The notes beneath the pieces were generated by a model, which was not told the DNA's origin, made no database searches, and saw nothing but the letters and a program-made list of their open reading frames with translations. Shown piece after piece: positions 43,642-53,648 of a stretch of DNA of 64,000 nt (its first letter is position 1; each line of letters begins with the position of its first letter). The stretch is from positions 186,001 to 250,000 of IMG/VR virus record IMGVR_UViG_3300045996_002337; one strand, written 5' to 3'. A program made the position numbers and the translations under genes.

Positions 43642-43877
43642 GATAGGCTAGATTTGGTTACAGAAGTTGAACGAAGATGTGCTGCGTCATCGGGTACCTG
43701 CGGACGTGTCGTTGCAGGGCGCAAACATTCCTGTGCAAAGGTAGCCCGCTCGAACAGTCCAGTCACCTCATTGAAATAAACCACATGAACACCTGGGATA
43801 CCATCACTAACCACTGTTAGTATCGGGCTTGACGAGCGAAGCTGCACCAGTTCGCCCGGTTGAAATTGAACTTTCAT
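43638..43877 (-). CDS. YodC/DUF2158-like protein
   Basis: FQPGELVQLRSSSPILTV. Confidence 0.65.
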   Translation of the reverse strand: MKVQFQPGELVQLRSSSPILTVVSDGIPGVHVVYFNEVTGLFERATFAQECLRPATTRPQVPDDAAHLRSTSVTKSSLS

Positions 43878-44140
43878 AGGTCCTTAAGGATTGAGTTAAG
43901 CCATTCATGAGGAAAATTTGGGTCCTCATAGAGTTCATGTTTGAAAAGGATGCCGGCCCGGATATCCTCTTTCCACATGGTGACATGAACATTGAGGTAC
44001 TGCTTGCCCACCGCAAAGCCATTCTTCGGCGTCAGAGACGTGCCGTAGCTTTCATGGTTGTACAGGGAAAGCAGGGCCTCGTCAGAGAAGTCAAGCACGT
44101 GAACCCAGTCATTCGCAAAGACGCGATAGAGCTGGGACAT
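43874..44140 (-). CDS. hypothetical protein
   Basis: 88-aa coupled ORF. Confidence 0.55.
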   Translation of the reverse strand: MSQLYRVFANDWVHVLDFSDEALLSLYNHESYGTSLTPKNGFAVGKQYLNVHVTMWKEDIRAGILFKHELYEDPNFPHEWLNSILKDL

Positions 44141-44276
44141 TTTCTTGAACTTCTTAGAAACTCCGTTTACAGAGTGACGTGGAATACCATTCGTTTTGCG
44201 TTTAGCTGGGACATGCGAACCTCCTCATAAGTTGAATCATTCTAACTTCTATTTACGAAGTGGGCGGCAACATTTT

Positions 44277-44897
44277 TCAGGACGATGCGAGCCTTATCAC
44301 GCGCTCGTTAGTCGATGTTCTGAGTGTCTCAGGTAAGGCCTCAAGGTACTTTAGCGACTCATGAATGTTTCGAAGGCGGTGGGTCCTAAGCACTGAGTCG
44401 TCAAATTCCCACCAATTGAGCTTCTTTAGGCGCTCAATTGTTAAAGCATCAAATCTGAACCTTAGAAATCTTGCCGGCACGCCAGCGACTACAGCGTAAT
44501 CTGGAACGTCCTTCGTTACAATTGCACCAGCCCCAATCACCGCCCCATTGCCCACTGTAACACCAGTAAGAATGATAGCTTTATCACCGATCCACACGTC
44601 GTTCTTAATTCGAACGAGGACGCCTGGCTCAGCGGGTCGGTATGATGGAGGTGCATCAAGCTCAAACCAAGAACTCGTTGACAGCTGGGACATGTCATGA
44701 TGTCCCGTGCCCAAAGTTACGTCATAGCCAATTGAGCAGTAACGACCAATGTAAACCCCGCTGTGAATGCGCCCACCATTCATGTAGGTGTGGGAAAGAA
44801 TTCTTACTCCTGGGTCCACGTGCACGTCTCCCAGCCGAACCGGCGGTTCGTAGAAAAATGGTGCTCTTGGAAGCTTAAGTGCGGTTAGGCCTTGCAT
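44277..44897 (-). CDS. CatB/Vat-like hexapeptide-repeat O-acetyltransferase
   Basis: [10 protein letters not shown]-x-x-x-x-LST, IKNDVWIG...[32 protein letters not shown]. Confidence 0.85.
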   Translation of the reverse strand: MQGLTALKLPRAPFFYEPPVRLGDVHVDPGVRILSHTYMNGGRIHSGVYIGRYCSIGYDVTLGTGHHDMSQLSTSSWFELDAPPSYRPAEPGVLVRIKNDVWIGDKAIILTGVTVGNGAVIGAGAIVTKDVPDYAVVAGVPARFLRFRFDALTIERLKKLNWWEFDDSVLRTHRLRNIHESLKYLEALPETLRTSTNERVIRLASS

Positions 44898-45813
44898 TTG
44901 TCTTTAGCAGCTGCGCAATTTGAACAATGCGCTCTTGAAGCGCGGTGATTTTCAAGATGGCTTGGGTCAACTTCATCTGGGTGGCGATGATGTCGCCTTG
45001 AATTTTATGGGCAAAGTAGAGAAGGTCCGCCTGCTCAGTCGAAATGCTCATGCTACGTTCGTATGGATCGGGAATTTTTGGAAGTTGTGGGCGAGGTGGC
45101 TTCTGAACTTCATCGTAAATGATGTAGCCATTTTCATCATATGAAATGGTATACGCGCTGTCACCGTACCCCCACTTCGCGTCGTACTCCATCTGCGCTT
45201 CCCAAATCTTTTGCTCGAGCTGTTGGTCTGACGCAGCGAGCTGGGCTTCATCAATGGCTTTCTCTTCGCCGTATTGGTACCAGCGCCGAAGCATTTTTTG
45301 ACGCGAGGCAGAAACGTCAGTAAGATGGCGACGAAGAACTTGAAGACGTGCGAGCTGTGTCTCGGTCGCCGGCCCGTCCAGAATTTCTCCCGCTCTTGCG
45401 TGTTCAAACATTACCTCTAGTCTGAATGTTGACTCATACGCGTCAAACGCGGGGGTCACATCATGCCGGTCAAGGTTTGAGGCAGGACCCAATTTCGCAA
45501 AAAGGTGTGGATGCAAACGATGGCGGGTGTCAACTTCAACAAGGGCGTTGAAGAGCCTGCCATAAAGCTGATCCTGCAGACGGACGTAGTGGCTTAAACC
45601 CGTCTCAAACTTTTGAATTTGCAGCTCAAGCTGTTCGAGCTGAGTCGACAAGGCGGCCCGTTCATCAGCGCGCAGCTCAATGAATTTTGGTTGTGGCGCA
45701 TCTGGCTTTGGGCGCAGATTCTGATAGAAAAGAACGCCAACAAACACGCACGCCACCAATGAAATTGATGTGACGAGGGTATGAACATCGTTGTTAACTG
45801 TCAGCTTTGGCAT
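44875..45813 (-). CDS. hypothetical membrane-anchored coiled-coil protein
   Basis: N-terminal TM segment; TAAATA at 45831-45836. Confidence 0.65.
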   Translation of the reverse strand: MPKLTVNNDVHTLVTSISLVACVFVGVLFYQNLRPKPDAPQPKFIELRADERAALSTQLEQLELQIQKFETGLSHYVRLQDQLYGRLFNALVEVDTRHRLHPHLFAKLGPASNLDRHDVTPAFDAYESTFRLEVMFEHARAGEILDGPATETQLARLQVLRRHLTDVSASRQKMLRRWYQYGEEKAIDEAQLAASDQQLEQKIWEAQMEYDAKWGYGDSAYTISYDENGYIIYDEVQKPPRPQLPKIPDPYERSMSISTEQADLLYFAHKIQGDIIATQMKLTQAILKITALQERIVQIAQLLKTNARPNRT

Positions 45814-45895
45814 AGAACCGTCCTCTCAAGTATTTAGGGCCGGTGCATGTCAAAAAGGGACCTAATCATAGGTCCCTTTCCAAGGATGGTAAGAT

Positions 45896-47413
45896 TTACT
45901 TCTTCATGATTTCAATCAGCACCAGCTCGTGCATTGCACGGGTAGAAGCGACGTAGCAGAGGTTGTTTTCCTGCACAACTTCCCATTCCTGCTTCGCAAA
46001 ACCAGACGGGCCGGTCTGAAGCCAGACCACCTTCTTCCACTCACGGCCCTTGCTCTTGTGAATCGAGGAGAGCAGAACCACCGGCTTGAGGTTGTCCTTG
46101 TCGTTGGTGCCGAAGATCGCATCGATCTCGGCGATCACCGCGGTCTGTGGGGGCTGGGTGATGGTGCCCTTTGCGATCACCCGATCGATGATGACTCGCA
46201 GACATTCAACCTTGTCGGCCACATCTTGAGCGCGCTTCGGTTGCTCCTTCTCGGTGAACTTCTTCACTTCACGCTCGAGGAAATCGTCGAGCTTGGTGAT
46301 CAGTGCGTCGATGGACTTGACCTTCCAGCGATTTGCAAGCTGCTTGAGACCGGCCCCGATTTCGCGGCCTTCAACACGGGCCGGAATACCTGCGGCGATC
46401 AGTTGGTAGACGTACTTGATGAGCGGTGCGTTGAAGCGGCAGAGGATGGCATCGCCGACCTTGACCTCGTTCTGCAGCTCGGCGATTTCAACCGTGCGAA
46501 CCACGCCTTCAGGTGCGGTCTCAGCTGCTTGAATGTGGTTTACCCATTGTTGTGAGTAGAGAACAACCGCCTTCGGGCAACGGAAGGTCGTGGTCAGCGG
46601 CATGCGGGTTGCATTGACTGCATCACCGATCTTGTCGAGAGCATCTGCATCAGCGCCAGTGAAACCGTAGATCGCTTGATGACGATCACCAACAGCAACG
46701 AGGCGAGAGGTGTCTTTCATCATCCGCAGGGCCATTTCGCGGCGGCTAGCATTCGTGTCTTGAGCCTCGTCGATCAGCACCCAATCGTACTTGTCGAAGG
46801 TGACATTGAAGAACAACGGGGCAAAAATCATGTCATCAAAGTCGATGACCTTGCGGCATGCATTGGCGGATTCCATGAAGAGGTCCTTCGCCAGCATGAT
46901 GATAGTGTCGGTGTTGTCAATGCCGCGGTATTCGTCGAAGCACTCCACGTTGAAGTGGGTGATCAGCTGCATCCAGACGCTGCGGTCGTTTTGGTCAGAG
47001 ATGACGCCGACAGCGGCTTGCTTGGCGTAGGATACCAGCTGAATAACCGGGCTTTCGAGAACACCGTAGTCCATCTGTCGGAACGTCATGTCGCGAAAAA
47101 TGGAGCGGCACTTGTCACCATCGACCTTACAGAACTTGTCTGCAACCCGACGCCATGCTCGCATCCCTGCGGCATGCATCGTGGAAACTTCCAGCCCGTT
47201 GCGCATTCCAGCGCGACCTGCAATTTCTTCCGCGATCTTCTTGTTGTATGCACCGAAGAAGATCTTCCCCGTCATGAGCTTGAGCGCCTCAATCAGGGTG
47301 GTGGTCTTGCCCGCACCAGCGACCGCCTCCAGAATGCAGGAACCCTTCCCGTTAATCACCCAGTCATAAAAACCGGCTTGTTGGAGGGATGGCTTGAGTT
47401 TCGGAGTCTTCAT
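45896..47413 (-). CDS. SF1 (UvrD/Rep-like) helicase
   Basis: AVAGAGKTT, LIDEAQD, VGD-x-x-QAIYGF, TFRCP, SIHKSKGREW, YVASTRA. Confidence 0.92.
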   Translation of the reverse strand: MKTPKLKPSLQQAGFYDWVINGKGSCILEAVAGAGKTTTLIEALKLMTGKIFFGAYNKKIAEEIAGRAGMRNGLEVSTMHAAGMRAWRRVADKFCKVDGDKCRSIFRDMTFRQMDYGVLESPVIQLVSYAKQAAVGVISDQNDRSVWMQLITHFNVECFDEYRGIDNTDTIIMLAKDLFMESANACRKVIDFDDMIFAPLFFNVTFDKYDWVLIDEAQDTNASRREMALRMMKDTSRLVAVGDRHQAIYGFTGADADALDKIGDAVNATRMPLTTTFRCPKAVVLYSQQWVNHIQAAETAPEGVVRTVEIAELQNEVKVGDAILCRFNAPLIKYVYQLIAAGIPARVEGREIGAGLKQLANRWKVKSIDALITKLDDFLEREVKKFTEKEQPKRAQDVADKVECLRVIIDRVIAKGTITQPPQTAVIAEIDAIFGTNDKDNLKPVVLLSSIHKSKGREWKKVVWLQTGPSGFAKQEWEVVQENNLCYVASTRAMHELVLIEIMKK

Positions 47414-47476
47414 TTGGTACCTGCGGCGGTTGGTCTAAGGTCATTATAACCAACCTGCCCGCAAAGTACACAACTT

Positions 47477-47839
47477 TTACTCAGTAAAGTACTGCGTCAC
47501 CATTACTTGACGCGGCACGACGATGTCGAAGGTTCGGTCCCACTCCGTCCCATCATAGGAGGTGTAGTGACCCGTCACTCGGAAGTACACGTCCGCTGTG
47601 GGCCCGTGATGATCGCTAATCAAGAACACCCGCACAACGCGTTCGCCTTCACCCTCGTCGCCACCCACACTATGGACAAGAGCGAGTGAGAAGCCATCCG
47701 CGTCCAGCTCGAGTCGTCTGTACGACGCGTTCTCGTAGTGATCACCGACCGCCCAAGGGGCAGTGCCGATGGACTCGAGAAATGCTTCAACGAAGGCCCG
47801 CGGATCTTCACTTCGCAGTTGGATTAGTTCGTCGCGCAT
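47477..47839 (-). CDS. hypothetical acidic protein (paralog of 47843..48220)
   Basis: GGDEGEGE...YFRVTGHYTSYDGTEWD...VPRQVMVTQY. Confidence 0.7.
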   Translation of the reverse strand: MRDELIQLRSEDPRAFVEAFLESIGTAPWAVGDHYENASYRRLELDADGFSLALVHSVGGDEGEGERVVRVFLISDHHGPTADVYFRVTGHYTSYDGTEWDRTFDIVVPRQVMVTQYFTE

Positions 47840-47842
47840 GGC

Positions 47843-48220
47843 TTACTTCGCGAAGTATTGAACAACCGTGACGTCGCGGGGCTCAACGACATAGAAGCCG
47901 TTGTCCCATTCGGTGCCGTAGTCAGACGAGTAGTAGCCGGTCGTTTCGACGTAGGCGAGGGCACCTTCAACACGACCGTCCTTGGCAACACGACCCTTTG
48001 CGGCAATCGCGAAGGTAACTTCTGCGTGCTCACCACCGCCCTCGCAGCCACCTTCAGAAGACACCTCGATGAGCTGAAGACCATCGAGCTCGAGGCCATC
48101 CATTTCGCCAACGTCACTCTGTTCCAAATCGTGGGCCGCGAGGACCGCGTCGAGCCACTTGAGCGGCTGCTCGACGGCGAGGGTTGCGAGTTCGGCGGTG
48201 GTAAAATCGGTTTGCGACAT
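47843..48220 (-). CDS. hypothetical acidic protein (paralog of 47477..47839)
   Basis: GGCEGGGE...YVETTGYYSSDYGTEWD...EPRDVTVVQY. Confidence 0.7.
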   Translation of the reverse strand: MSQTDFTTAELATLAVEQPLKWLDAVLAAHDLEQSDVGEMDGLELDGLQLIEVSSEGGCEGGGEHAEVTFAIAAKGRVAKDGRVEGALAYVETTGYYSSDYGTEWDNGFYVVEPRDVTVVQYFAK

Positions 48221-48285
48221 TTTGTTTCCTTCGTTGAAAAATTCAATTATACAACCTATGGTTAGGGCTGTACACAGTGTAAAAA

Positions 48286-48684
48286 TTACCAGTCGATCAC
48301 GATCTGGTATTCACCGGCCGGCAAGAGCCCCTTGTTGTGCAGATCATCGGCGACCATGTTGAGGCTCGGATAGAAATTGCGCTCCCAAAACCGTTCTAGA
48401 TCATAGTCATCACGCGGCCCATTTGGCGCGTTGCTCGGCTGCTTTGGATCACGAGCCAACCATGCCGCGAAGGAGACACCCATCTCTTCACCATTGACTT
48501 CCTCTGTGATTGTTTCATCTTCGTAATCGTCGACATAGGGATATGGAACGATGAGGTATTCGAGCCCACGGTCCTTGCAGCCGTCTTGCTGTTGGAGCGA
48601 ATATGGGCGACCGTACGTCTCAACAACCAAGTTATCCCAGTCTTGGAGGTCAATGCTTTGAATAGTTTGAATCTTCAGTTTCAT
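48286..48684 (-). CDS. hypothetical protein
   Basis: Start MKLKIQ. Confidence 0.65.
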   Translation of the reverse strand: MKLKIQTIQSIDLQDWDNLVVETYGRPYSLQQQDGCKDRGLEYLIVPYPYVDDYEDETITEEVNGEEMGVSFAAWLARDPKQPSNAPNGPRDDYDLERFWERNFYPSLNMVADDLHNKGLLPAGEYQIVIDW

Positions 48685-49463
48685 TTTGCTTCCAGTGCTT
48701 GAAGGGCGGCATCCATCTTTGTCATCCATTTGTCTTTTCGTTCGTGTAGCAGCTCGTTGCGGTTCAAGATGAGAAATTCGGCGAACCAGCCTTTAGTCAT
48801 CGACGTGCAAAGCTGAAAGTGGGCCCTGCTCATTGCAATTCGCTTCTCGCTCACCTTGTTGGCTTCCTTTAGGCGACTACGTTCGATCGCAACCGCCATC
48901 ATCTCCTCGAGAGCCGTCTCAAACTGCTGCTCAACCGGCAACTGTTCAAAGAGCTCTCGGCTGCACCATGCGGTGTTGTGATCAGCACGAAGCTCCTCAT
49001 GCATGGGGCGATCGTTGAAGGCGACGAGCAGGTGAAGGTACTCATGGTCGTATTCTCGCTTGACCGCGTCCTTGAAGAAGGTGTCCATGGTTTTCGCCAT
49101 GTTTACGCGCTTCTTCCCATGCACCTCCTCCCAAACTTCCTTCAGGATTCGGAGCAGGCGGTAGTTGATCTTGCAGCCCTTCCGCTTCAGGAAGGAGATG
49201 TCTGCCATCGTCTTTTCCCACTTCACGTTCCATTCGGCGTGCGAAAGCTTCAGTGTGAAGAGAAGATCGGGATCCAAAAACACGGGATCCTTGTTCGCAT
49301 CGATCAGTTCCTGTGCAGCACGGTGCCAGCTCACGTCAACCACGCAGACCTTGGAATCGTTTCCACTGATCTGCGCTGGTGTCAGGAGGTCGATATCACT
49401 CGGAACCCGGGCGTCCGGGAACCAGTGATACATCGCGACAGAACCGATGATGCGGTAGTTCAC
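48681..49463 (-). CDS. nucleotidyltransferase-fold protein
   Basis: IIGS...SDIDL (GS, DxD) motif. Confidence 0.6.
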   Translation of the reverse strand: MNYRIIGSVAMYHWFPDARVPSDIDLLTPAQISGNDSKVCVVDVSWHRAAQELIDANKDPVFLDPDLLFTLKLSHAEWNVKWEKTMADISFLKRKGCKINYRLLRILKEVWEEVHGKKRVNMAKTMDTFFKDAVKREYDHEYLHLLVAFNDRPMHEELRADHNTAWCSRELFEQLPVEQQFETALEEMMAVAIERSRLKEANKVSEKRIAMSRAHFQLCTSMTKGWFAEFLILNRNELLHERKDKWMTKMDAALQALEAK

Positions 49464-49681
49464 TTAGCGTTCCTCAATTTCAGCTCTTCATCTAGGATGG
49501 CTGCGATCTCGGCTTCGACGTCAATAATTCCGCTACATTCGAGATCATCAACGCAAGTCGCAGCAAGATGAAAGGTTGTTCCTTTGTAGGAGATCGGAAT
49601 CTGAACCGGCTTAAAAAAGTTAGGGTTTCTAAGCTCCGCTTCTCGTCCGCGCCGCCGCAGATCCTCCACATCAATCATCAT
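49460..49681 (-). CDS. hypothetical protein
   Basis: 73-aa coupled ORF. Confidence 0.5.
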   Translation of the reverse strand: MMIDVEDLRRRGREAELRNPNFFKPVQIPISYKGTTFHLAATCVDDLECSGIIDVEAEIAAILDEELKLRNAK

Positions 49682-49899
49682 GTTGCCTGACGTTCGCGAA
49701 TTTGCTTTTGCAGATCGGCCAGATCGAGGTACTCGGTTTCGTAACCGCTGTCGATGAAGTAACGCGTGTCGTAACCAGCTTCCTTCGCTTCCTCATTCAG
49801 CTGTCGAACGTACTTCTCTGCGAGATCACGGTTCGAAAGATTGGTGATGAAGATGGTCTTCATCTCGTCTTGAATCTGCTGAATGATGGCAACTGACAT
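49678..49899 (-). CDS. hypothetical protein
   Basis: 73-aa ORF behind an early promoter. Confidence 0.6.
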   Translation of the reverse strand: MSVAIIQQIQDEMKTIFITNLSNRDLAEKYVRQLNEEAKEAGYDTRYFIDSGYETEYLDLADLQKQIRERQAT

Positions 49900-49955
49900 G
49901 CTGGCTCCAATGTTGATAGGTTCATTATATCAAGCGGCTACCAACCTGTACAACG

Positions 49956-50363
49956 TTACTTGAGCACGATTACGCGGTTCGTGTAGATCAGCGCGCGAGG
50001 TGAGTTGTCGAGATACACATTCATGCCCTCGACCCGCGTCACCTCGCAGATCGAAAGGTAGGGCGAGCTACCAAAGGTCATCGCGCGAGCTACCTTCTGA
50101 CCAACCTGTAGCTCGGTACCTTGAAAGTCCTTGGGCACGGGAGCTGCCTTCTTTGGGACGGGTGGCATGGGAAGGACGGGTGGCTTAAGCCCCTTGGCCG
50201 CTTGCGCGGCGGAAAATTCTGCAGCTCGACGAGCTTGCTCTGCTTTGTTGAATCCATTCATTCGTTTCTCCTGTTGTTTGTACTCATAGATCGTCAAGCT
50301 AACACCATCACCGGTTGCTAGTTGACGATCTGCGACTTCTGTTGGGTCGTACGTGCGCCGCAT
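49956..50363 (-). CDS. hypothetical protein
   Basis: 135-aa ORF; start uncertain. Confidence 0.55.
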   Translation of the reverse strand: MRRTYDPTEVADRQLATGDGVSLTIYEYKQQEKRMNGFNKAEQARRAAEFSAAQAAKGLKPPVLPMPPVPKKAAPVPKDFQGTELQVGQKVARAMTFGSSPYLSICEVTRVEGMNVYLDNSPRALIYTNRVIVLK

Positions 50364-50366
50364 GAA

Positions 50367-51407
50367 TTAGCGCGCTGACGGACCTTCAAGAAACGCCTTG
50401 CCCACGTCCTTCCAGTACATGAGCTGAGTGCCCTTGTCAAGCTTGCGGTTGACTGAGGTAGATTGAATGAACACTTCAAAATTGCCCAATTCATCGGGGG
50501 CCAGTCGCACCGTGCCGATAGTTGGCAGCGCAAGCATCTGACGTGCAGCGTCACCTGCGTAGACTGCTCCGGTCTTCTTGTCACGGATCGCGATGCGTTT
50601 GTTGGCCTGCACCTTCGGTTCGGTCTTGACGAGCTGGTAGAAAGCACCACCACGGACCATCGCTTCACCGAGCTTGGACTCAACGAATGGACGGATAAGA
50701 GCTTGATCGTCGGCCGGCGTGACAGGGATGAATTGCACTGCAGCCGAGATGTCGGTGAGGGTCTTCTGCACGTCAGCAATCGAAACATCAGCGAGGTTCG
50801 CATAGAACTTCGTGGTCGACTTCATACCAGCAGAGCGATTCGTCATGAAGTCGGAGAATGCCTGCGTGTTGGCCTGAGCGGCAACTTGCATGCCTCGTTC
50901 GGTTTGATCCCACTCAAGAATGTTGCCAGGCTGAATGCCGTAACGGGTGAGCTCGCTCGAGTAGCCGCGCGGCACCCGGAAGACAAAGGTCCAACGATCA
51001 GTGCCTTGAAGTTCTCGAATGGCTTGAGTGAGACGAGGCGCCAAACCTGGATCGGTTGCTTGACCGTCAGTAGTTGCCATGACGAGGAATGAAACATCCG
51101 GGTCGTTGTAATCCGGAACGGCCTTGAGGATGCTGATCAGGTCGAGAATGGATTCGAACAGAGGGGTGCCGCCGCCGGTGCGGTAACCGTTTTCCGGGAT
51201 CGGTTGGAGAACAGAGATGTTGGAGTTGACGACTTCTCGTGTGACTGAACCGCCACAGCGGACGACAGAAACGATGGTGTCTTGGTTGTTTGCAACCGCA
51301 GCTTCTTTAACTGCTTGAATCGTGGAGTTGTAATCGCGAGCTGCTGCTCGAGCGATTGTTGACATGGAACCTGAGTGGTCGCGGGACATGCCGATGTAGT
51401 TTTTCAT
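50367..51407 (-). CDS. vWA-domain protein
   Basis: DHSGSM (DxSxS MIDAS), GGTPL, TDG. Confidence 0.8.
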   Translation of the reverse strand: MKNYIGMSRDHSGSMSTIARAAARDYNSTIQAVKEAAVANNQDTIVSVVRCGGSVTREVVNSNISVLQPIPENGYRTGGGTPLFESILDLISILKAVPDYNDPDVSFLVMATTDGQATDPGLAPRLTQAIRELQGTDRWTFVFRVPRGYSSELTRYGIQPGNILEWDQTERGMQVAAQANTQAFSDFMTNRSAGMKSTTKFYANLADVSIADVQKTLTDISAAVQFIPVTPADDQALIRPFVESKLGEAMVRGGAFYQLVKTEPKVQANKRIAIRDKKTGAVYAGDAARQMLALPTIGTVRLAPDELGNFEVFIQSTSVNRKLDKGTQLMYWKDVGKAFLEGPSAR

Positions 51408-51514
51408 TTCTTAAACCTTTCAAAGATGTAAACGCACAAAATTAAACTTCACTGCTCATTTGCAGTGAAGTTATTTATAGGACGAAAGGCCTCAGGTTGA
51501 TTTTAGCCTGTGCT

Positions 51515-51697
51515 TCATGCGCCATTGAGAAAGTTCTCGGGATGGTGGTACGTGTGAAGGTGGTTGCCATCTGCGTACAGCACAAGATAGCCACTGTCTT
51601 CGCCGATGCAATCACGCCAGTAGGCGATCGTACCGTCCTCAAGGGTAACAGCATTCCAGCAGCTGTCAAGAACAAACTGATCAAGGGCGTAGGCCAT
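51515..51697 (-). CDS. hypothetical protein
   Basis: 60-aa ORF behind an early promoter. Confidence 0.55.
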   Translation of the reverse strand: MAYALDQFVLDSCWNAVTLEDGTIAYWRDCIGEDSGYLVLYADGNHLHTYHHPENFLNGA

Positions 51698-51784
51698 GTG
51701 TTTCTCCGTTGTGATGTTGCATTATAGAACAACCTACAAAAGAAGTACACAGCAAAAAGGGCCCGAAGGCCCTTTTCTTAAACG

Positions 51785-51961
51785 TTACAACCGTGGTCCT
51801 CTTCGATTGATACCGCCCATAATGAGCGACACAATGAAGAGCACGATAAAGATCCAGAAGAGAATCTTTGCAATGCCTGCCGCCGCAGAGGCAACAAGGC
51901 CAAAGCCAAAGAGACCTGCGATCAGCGCAATGACAAAAAATACGGCGGCGTAGTAAAGCAT
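51785..51961 (-). CDS. DUF1328 (UPF0391/YtjA-like) small membrane protein (58 aa, not in ORF track)
   Basis: [47 protein letters not shown]; SD GGAG. Confidence 0.9.
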   Translation of the reverse strand: MLYYAAVFFVIALIAGLFGFGLVASAAAGIAKILFWIFIVLFIVSLIMGGINRRGPRL

Positions 51962-51974
51962 TTTGGCTCCTTAA

Positions 51975-52550
51975 TTACTGGTTGTCTTCAAGAACTTCAC
52001 GGAAGCTTTGGAAGAGAAGGCGTTCCCAACCGTCTGTGCGACCATCACCGTTCAGATCAAGGCTGTTCGAACGTGGTTGGCGGCGAACTACTTCGCGCTC
52101 GACTTGTTGATCCCAATCGAAGCAAAGAGCTTCAGTGCGTGATGGGTTCCAACGGGCATCAGAGCATGTGTAAGTTGTCGTTACGATCACACGGCGACCG
52201 TATTGATCACGCTCGACTGAACGATAGACGACTGGGTCAATTGATGGTCGGTTGGGACCACCGGCAACTGGGCCGGATTCAATGTAGCGACGGACAGTTA
52301 CGTCTTCGTCAAGGCAGCGAAGGTGGTTGTTGCGTGGGTTAACGCGTGTTTGACCGCACGAAGTTGTCGTTTCAACGCGAATGGTTCGACCATAACGATC
52401 ACGCTCGTACGTTGTCTCGGTTTTAGATTCAAAGCCGCGAGAGAACGTTACCGTGCCATCATCATTGTGATAGTGAATTCGGTTTGATTGGTGCGCTGAA
52501 GCGCCAAGTGCAGTAACTGCAAGAGCTGCAGCAAGTAGAAATTTCTTCAT
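51975..52550 (-). CDS. hypothetical exported protein with internal duplication
   Basis: Signal peptide; ERD-x-YGR-x-I-x-V-x-TT-x-x-C...C unit repeated twice. Confidence 0.7.
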   Translation of the reverse strand: MKKFLLAAALAVTALGASAHQSNRIHYHNDDGTVTFSRGFESKTETTYERDRYGRTIRVETTTSCGQTRVNPRNNHLRCLDEDVTVRRYIESGPVAGGPNRPSIDPVVYRSVERDQYGRRVIVTTTYTCSDARWNPSRTEALCFDWDQQVEREVVRRQPRSNSLDLNGDGRTDGWERLLFQSFREVLEDNQ

Positions 52551-52585
52551 CGAGTAATACCTTTCATCGTGAATCAACAGGAATG

Positions 52586-52843
52586 TTAGTCTTCTTTTCG
52601 AGCGCGGAGAAGTTCCTTTGCCTTTTCAACTTTTTCTTTTTGATCGGAGGGTAGGTTATCACCGCCACGATTTACGTAAAAGTTTAAAGAGGCCATCGCC
52701 TTTCGAAGATTACCACCATGTGATGACCATGCCCAATCAGCTATCTTTTTGGCAGAGCCATCGGCAAAGAGCCCCTCTGGAGGGTGCTTCTTCGTCTTGA
52801 CATCGCTCAATTGCTTCTCGCAAAGAAGTTCATTGACGAGCAT
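52586..52843 (-). CDS. DUF3175 family protein
   Basis: PPEGLF...SAKKIA...AMASLNFYVNRGG-x-NL. Confidence 0.8.
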   Translation of the reverse strand: MLVNELLCEKQLSDVKTKKHPPEGLFADGSAKKIADWAWSSHGGNLRKAMASLNFYVNRGGDNLPSDQKEKVEKAKELLRARKED

Positions 52844-52901
52844 TTCATCTCCTTATTCATTTGCCCCAGAGGGCAGGGAGGACCGAAGCCCTCCCTTGGT
52901 C

Positions 52902-53510
52902 TTACTTCGTACCCTTGAAAGCAGGCGACTGCTCTTCAAGTTTCTCTGCGCCGATGTCCTTGATCTTTTGTGCGTCTTCAACGGCGCCTGGCAGAACAGT
53001 GTTCATGTCCATTGCGCGTTGCTTAGCAACTGGATCGCGGGTTGGATCACCTGCAGCGAGGAGAGCTTCGCGCTCACGTTCGATACGGGCGGCACGGCGG
53101 AAGCTGTCTTCACCTTCGCGCTCTTCAAAAGCTTCTCCGAAAACACGCTGCTGTTCGAAGTAGTCCTTACCTTCGACTTCGGCAGTGATGCTCTTCAGAG
53201 TTTCTTGCTCTTGGTTAACTTCAGCCTTGCGATCAACTTGCTTGTCGCCTTCTTGGGCCTTCTTATCACCTTCAACCGACTTAGCGGCTTCACGTGAATC
53301 AGCTGGCTGCGTTTGCGCGGTACGAGCAGTTGGTGCTGGTGCTGGTGCTGGTGCTGCAGTTGGTGTAACTGGAACTGCAGTAGCATTTGCGGTTGTTTGG
53401 TTGCCGGTAGGCAGCTGAGCTGGTTGCTGAGCCGTTACCTTTGCGTTCGGTGCTGAAGTTTCGGCAGTTGCCTTTTGATCAGCTGGAACGTTTGGGTTGG
53501 TTGTTGCCAT
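52902..53510 (-). CDS. hypothetical low-complexity hydrophilic protein
   Basis: 202 aa, Ala/Thr/Glu-rich; SD AGGAG. Confidence 0.7.
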   Translation of the reverse strand: MATTNPNVPADQKATAETSAPNAKVTAQQPAQLPTGNQTTANATAVPVTPTAAPAPAPAPTARTAQTQPADSREAAKSVEGDKKAQEGDKQVDRKAEVNQEQETLKSITAEVEGKDYFEQQRVFGEAFEEREGEDSFRRAARIEREREALLAAGDPTRDPVAKQRAMDMNTVLPGAVEDAQKIKDIGAEKLEEQSPAFKGTK

Positions 53511-53648
53511 TTGTCATCTCCTAAAAAGGTTGGAATGTTCCTGGCTCGTTTGAGGGAACCAGCATTCAGGAAGAATCAACTTCATCCTGACTTTATTTAC
53601 AGCGCTGGTCCCAAATAGAGCCGGGATCGGTGTCACATTTTGAAAAAT

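Noticed and set aside
44277-44897. Calling the acetyltransferase a confirmed antibiotic-resistance gene
   Set aside because: Family motifs do not separate CatB/Vat from sugar O-acetyltransferases without phylogeny or assay.
50367-51407. vWA protein as the Ro60/Rsr partner of the Y-like RNAs
   Set aside because: The vWA/MIDAS domain is N-terminal and there is no preceding HEAT-repeat TROVE domain. Ro60 has the opposite layout and is larger.
53330-53360. (tggtgc)n tandem repeat
   Set aside because: It encodes an Ala-Pro linker in 52902..53510 and is ordinary low complexity.
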